This document shows positions 21,986 to 24,000 of a DNA stretch of 24,000 nt, piece after piece. The stretch is taken from assembly GCA_029258325.1 (NCBI GenBank), contig JARHZF010000143.1:15830-39829 (forward strand), read 5' to 3'. Both the position numbers and the translations under genes were made by a program. Below the pieces are notes generated by a model. That model saw only the letters and a list, made by a program, of their open reading frames with translations, was not told the DNA's origin and did not search any database. The DNA comes from Anaerobiospirillum sp. GTDB lineage: Bacteria; Pseudomonadota; Gammaproteobacteria; Enterobacterales; Succinivibrionaceae. The number at the start of each line of letters is the position of its first letter. The stretch's first letter is position 1.

Positions 21986-23356
21986 TTATAATAATTGCTT
22001 AATAATTAATGATGCTCTAAATCTCTTTACTCTATTTAGTACTTTTTTTACATTCTCAGGATATTGATCTTCTGTCTCTATTTCTTGAAAGTGATTTATA
22101 TCAAGAGCATTTTTTAAGATAAATTGCTTCTCGTGACTAAATTTTTCTTGCATTAATTGGTTTGGATCATATATAAATAATCCATTTTCTAAATCAAGAG
22201 CCCATGCTCTTGGATTTAAATTATTACCTGTTACTATAGCATAATTTCTATCAATAAAAATGCCTTTTAAATGGTAAGAGTTAAAACCATCTTGCCACAC
22301 TTTAACCTTTAATTTCTTTTTATCAATATATGTTTGATTTGTTTTAACAAAATCACGTAGATTTTGTTCATATATATAAGGTATTACACCTATAGGTGAA
22401 AATTCTTCATCTTCATGAATAAAAAAGTCATTTGCAACTTTATCACCTACGACAAGAGTAACTTTAACTCCTTTTTTTAAGGCTTGCTCTATAGCATTTC
22501 TAATCATCTTTGGAGGATTAAAATAAGGCGTACAAATAAATAATTCTTGCTTAGCTGAACATAAAGCCCATAAAATTGCTTTATTTAAATTATTATTACG
22601 TTTGCCAAGTCCTGCTATAGGTGTTATGCCTATTTCATCATTTTTTATCTTCTTATCTTTAAATTCATATTGAGATAAAGTTAGATGACGTCTTAATTGT
22701 TTAATCTCATCCTTTATATCTTTAGCAGGTTTAACTTTACCTTGTGAGAAGTCTTGTACTGCAAAGTTTATATGGAATGACTTATTTGCATAATTACAAA
22801 AGGTATTAGCTAAATCTTTTGAGATAATCTCATGATATCTATCTAATCTATACTTATTATTTCTTGCAAGATAAGTGTCATTAATACTTGCACCTGTATA
22901 TAAAACAGTATCATCAAAAACCATACCTTTAGTATGTAATACACCGAAGATTTCGCGTTTTTTTACAGGTACACCATATATACAAGGTGGATGAGAACAG
23001 TCTTTGGCTTTCTCATAATATAAAGCACTATTTCCTAAAGATACACCTTTACCTATAAGACCTCTTTGAGCACGATGAAAGTCTACATATATCCAAATAT
23101 TTAATCTAGGATTTTTATTAGCAGCTTCATATAAAGCATCTAAAATTTCACGACCTGCATCATCATCTTGTAGATATAGAACAGTCATTAAAATACGCTC
23201 TTTAGCATTTTTAATTAGTTCTAAAAGTCTATTATGAAAATGCTCTGGATTTTCTAAAATATTATAATCACTTGCTTTTACAGCTAGTTTAGGTAGCTGT
23301 TGTAATCTTGTTTGACTATAAAATGAATTTGGTAAAGATTTTTTAAAAAGAAACAT
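21986..23356 (-). CDS. pssA: phosphatidylserine synthase, PLD-superfamily (E. coli type)
   Basis: 456 aa compared with 451 aa in E. coli, and colinear with it. There are two HKD motifs (VLHTKGMVFDDTVLYTGASINDTY and YHLKGIFIDRNYAIVTGNNLNPRAW). TPYFNPP and VGDKVANDFF are as in E. coli PssA. Confidence 0.93.
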   Translation of the reverse strand: MFLFKKSLPNSFYSQTRLQQLPKLAVKASDYNILENPEHFHNRLLELIKNAKERILMTVLYLQDDDAGREILDALYEAANKNPRLNIWIYVDFHRAQRGLIGKGVSLGNSALYYEKAKDCSHPPCIYGVPVKKREIFGVLHTKGMVFDDTVLYTGASINDTYLARNNKYRLDRYHEIISKDLANTFCNYANKSFHINFAVQDFSQGKVKPAKDIKDEIKQLRRHLTLSQYEFKDKKIKNDEIGITPIAGLGKRNNNLNKAILWALCSAKQELFICTPYFNPPKMIRNAIEQALKKGVKVTLVVGDKVANDFFIHEDEEFSPIGVIPYIYEQNLRDFVKTNQTYIDKKKLKVKVWQDGFNSYHLKGIFIDRNYAIVTGNNLNPRAWALDLENGLFIYDPNQLMQEKFSHEKQFILKNALDINHFQEIETEDQYPENVKKVLNRVKRFRASLIIKQLL

Positions 23357-23410
23357 AATTTGTACAAAAAATAATTTAGTTAACCTGAATTATATCATTA
23401 TCAAAACATT

Positions 23411-23448
23411 AAAACACAAGTAAGTTATAAGAACTTACTTGTGCTTTT
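23411..23448 (-). terminator. rho-independent terminator after the aminopeptidase gene
   Basis: CACAAGTAAGTT (23415-23426), loop ATAAG, AACTTACTTGTG (23432-23443). On the minus strand it is followed by UUUUAAUGUUUUG. It lies 15 nt after the stop at 23458. Confidence 0.7.
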
Positions 23449-23457
23449 ATTATAAGA

Positions 23458-24000
23458 TTAAATACTTTCAGTAGCCTTAGTTAGCCATGAAATTTCAAGA
23501 TCACTTAAAGTAGTTCCTGCAGTTTTTATTAAAGTTAATACTCTTTGATGATAGTTATTTAACCATTCACGTTCTTTTGAAGTTAGCATTTCTCTTATAA
23601 TAAGTCTTGTATCAAAAGGAACTAAGGTTAAAGGTGAAAAACATAACATATGTGAAAAGTTTGCTATATTACATTCTTCAACAACTACCAAGTTTTCAAG
23701 TCTAATACCATAGTCATTATCTTTATAAAAACCAGGCTCAATTGAAACTACCATGCCCTCTTCAAGAGGTATAGTACTTTGTTTTGCTGATATAACTTGA
23801 GGACCTTCATGTACATTTAAAACATGACCTACACCATGACCTGTACCATGATCATAATCAAGACCTAAGTCCCAAAGTGGACGTCTTGCTATAGCATCTA
23901 GTTGTAGACCTGATGTGCCCCTTGGAAAAATCGTAGTAGTAAGAGCAATATGACATTTAAGAACAGTTGTGTACATCTGTTTTATTTCAGCAGGTACATC
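23458..24000 (-). CDS. M24-family Xaa-Pro aminopeptidase (aminopeptidase P-like), 3' part only
   Basis: The reading frame stays open upstream of the track's first Met through to position 24000 (..DVPAEIKQMYTTVLKCHIAL..), so the gene is truncated by the window edge. Metal-ligand contexts are YDHGTGHGVGHVLNVHEGP, SIEPGFY and RLENLVVV. A C-terminal extension (PFDTRLI...EREWLNNYH) is typical of the long APP1-like form. Confidence 0.8.
   Translation of the reverse strand, partial: DVPAEIKQMYTTVLKCHIALTTTIFPRGTSGLQLDAIARRPLWDLGLDYDHGTGHGVGHVLNVHEGPQVISAKQSTIPLEEGMVVSIEPGFYKDNDYGIRLENLVVVEECNIANFSHMLCFSPLTLVPFDTRLIIREMLTSKEREWLNNYHQRVLTLIKTAGTTLSDLEISWLTKATESI

Noticed and set aside
23415-23443. 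The terminator hairpin arms CACAAGTA.../...TACTTGTG are the same 8-mers as the ebgA leader hairpin (12076-12097), suggesting a REP-like repeat family.
   Set aside because: There are only two copies in 24 kb, with different loops and stem extensions and no shared flanks. That is insufficient to call a repeat family. A genome-wide count of CACAAGTA-N5-8-TACTTGTG would settle it.

Overview
AT-rich (by eye about 30% GC), densely coding chromosomal segment that looks gammaproteobacterial. Its local gene order tracks three E. coli neighbourhoods: engB/glnALG/typA/yihY, ygjH-ebgR-ebgAC-ygjI, and recG/yicH. Genes are on the minus strand unless stated. In order: gmk, engB, a single-domain protein carrying the CheC/CheX/FliY phosphatase motif, glnG (ntrC), glnL (ntrB), then a complete ebg-type beta-galactosidase module (ebgR, divergent ygjH on +, ygjI-like APC permease, ebgC, ebgA). 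After that come typA/bipA, glnA (+), a yihY/BrkB-family membrane protein (+), an AsmA/YicH-like envelope protein tightly coupled to recG, pssA, and the 3' part of an M24 Xaa-Pro aminopeptidase that runs off the right edge. I saw no rRNA, tRNA, CRISPR array, transposase, integrase or recognisable defence or toxin genes. I cannot honestly point to a novel multi-gene system; most of the window is core housekeeping DNA. Five observations deserve a second look. (1) The NtrC orthologue keeps its receiver domain and HTH, but every sigma54-activation/ATPase signature is replaced (Walker A K->R, Walker B D->N, GAFTGA loop gone). (2) A GCACTAAAAT motif, like an enterobacterial NtrC half-site, occurs only in the glnA and glnL upstream regions, and neither region has any -24/-12 promoter. 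(3) An orphan CheX-like phosphatase-motif gene sits next to ntrBC. (4) A family of perfect or near-perfect 16-17 bp palindromes (TAGTAAAATTTTACTA) marks the ebg module. It gives a lac-like CRP site/promoter/operator layout at ebgA, one copy inside the ygjH promoter, and an unexplained copy stranded between two terminators. (5) glnA is uncoupled from glnLG by an apparent typA-glnA inversion with the ebg module at the breakpoint. All homology statements rest on my recollection of E. coli proteins and motifs; no searches or computations were run.
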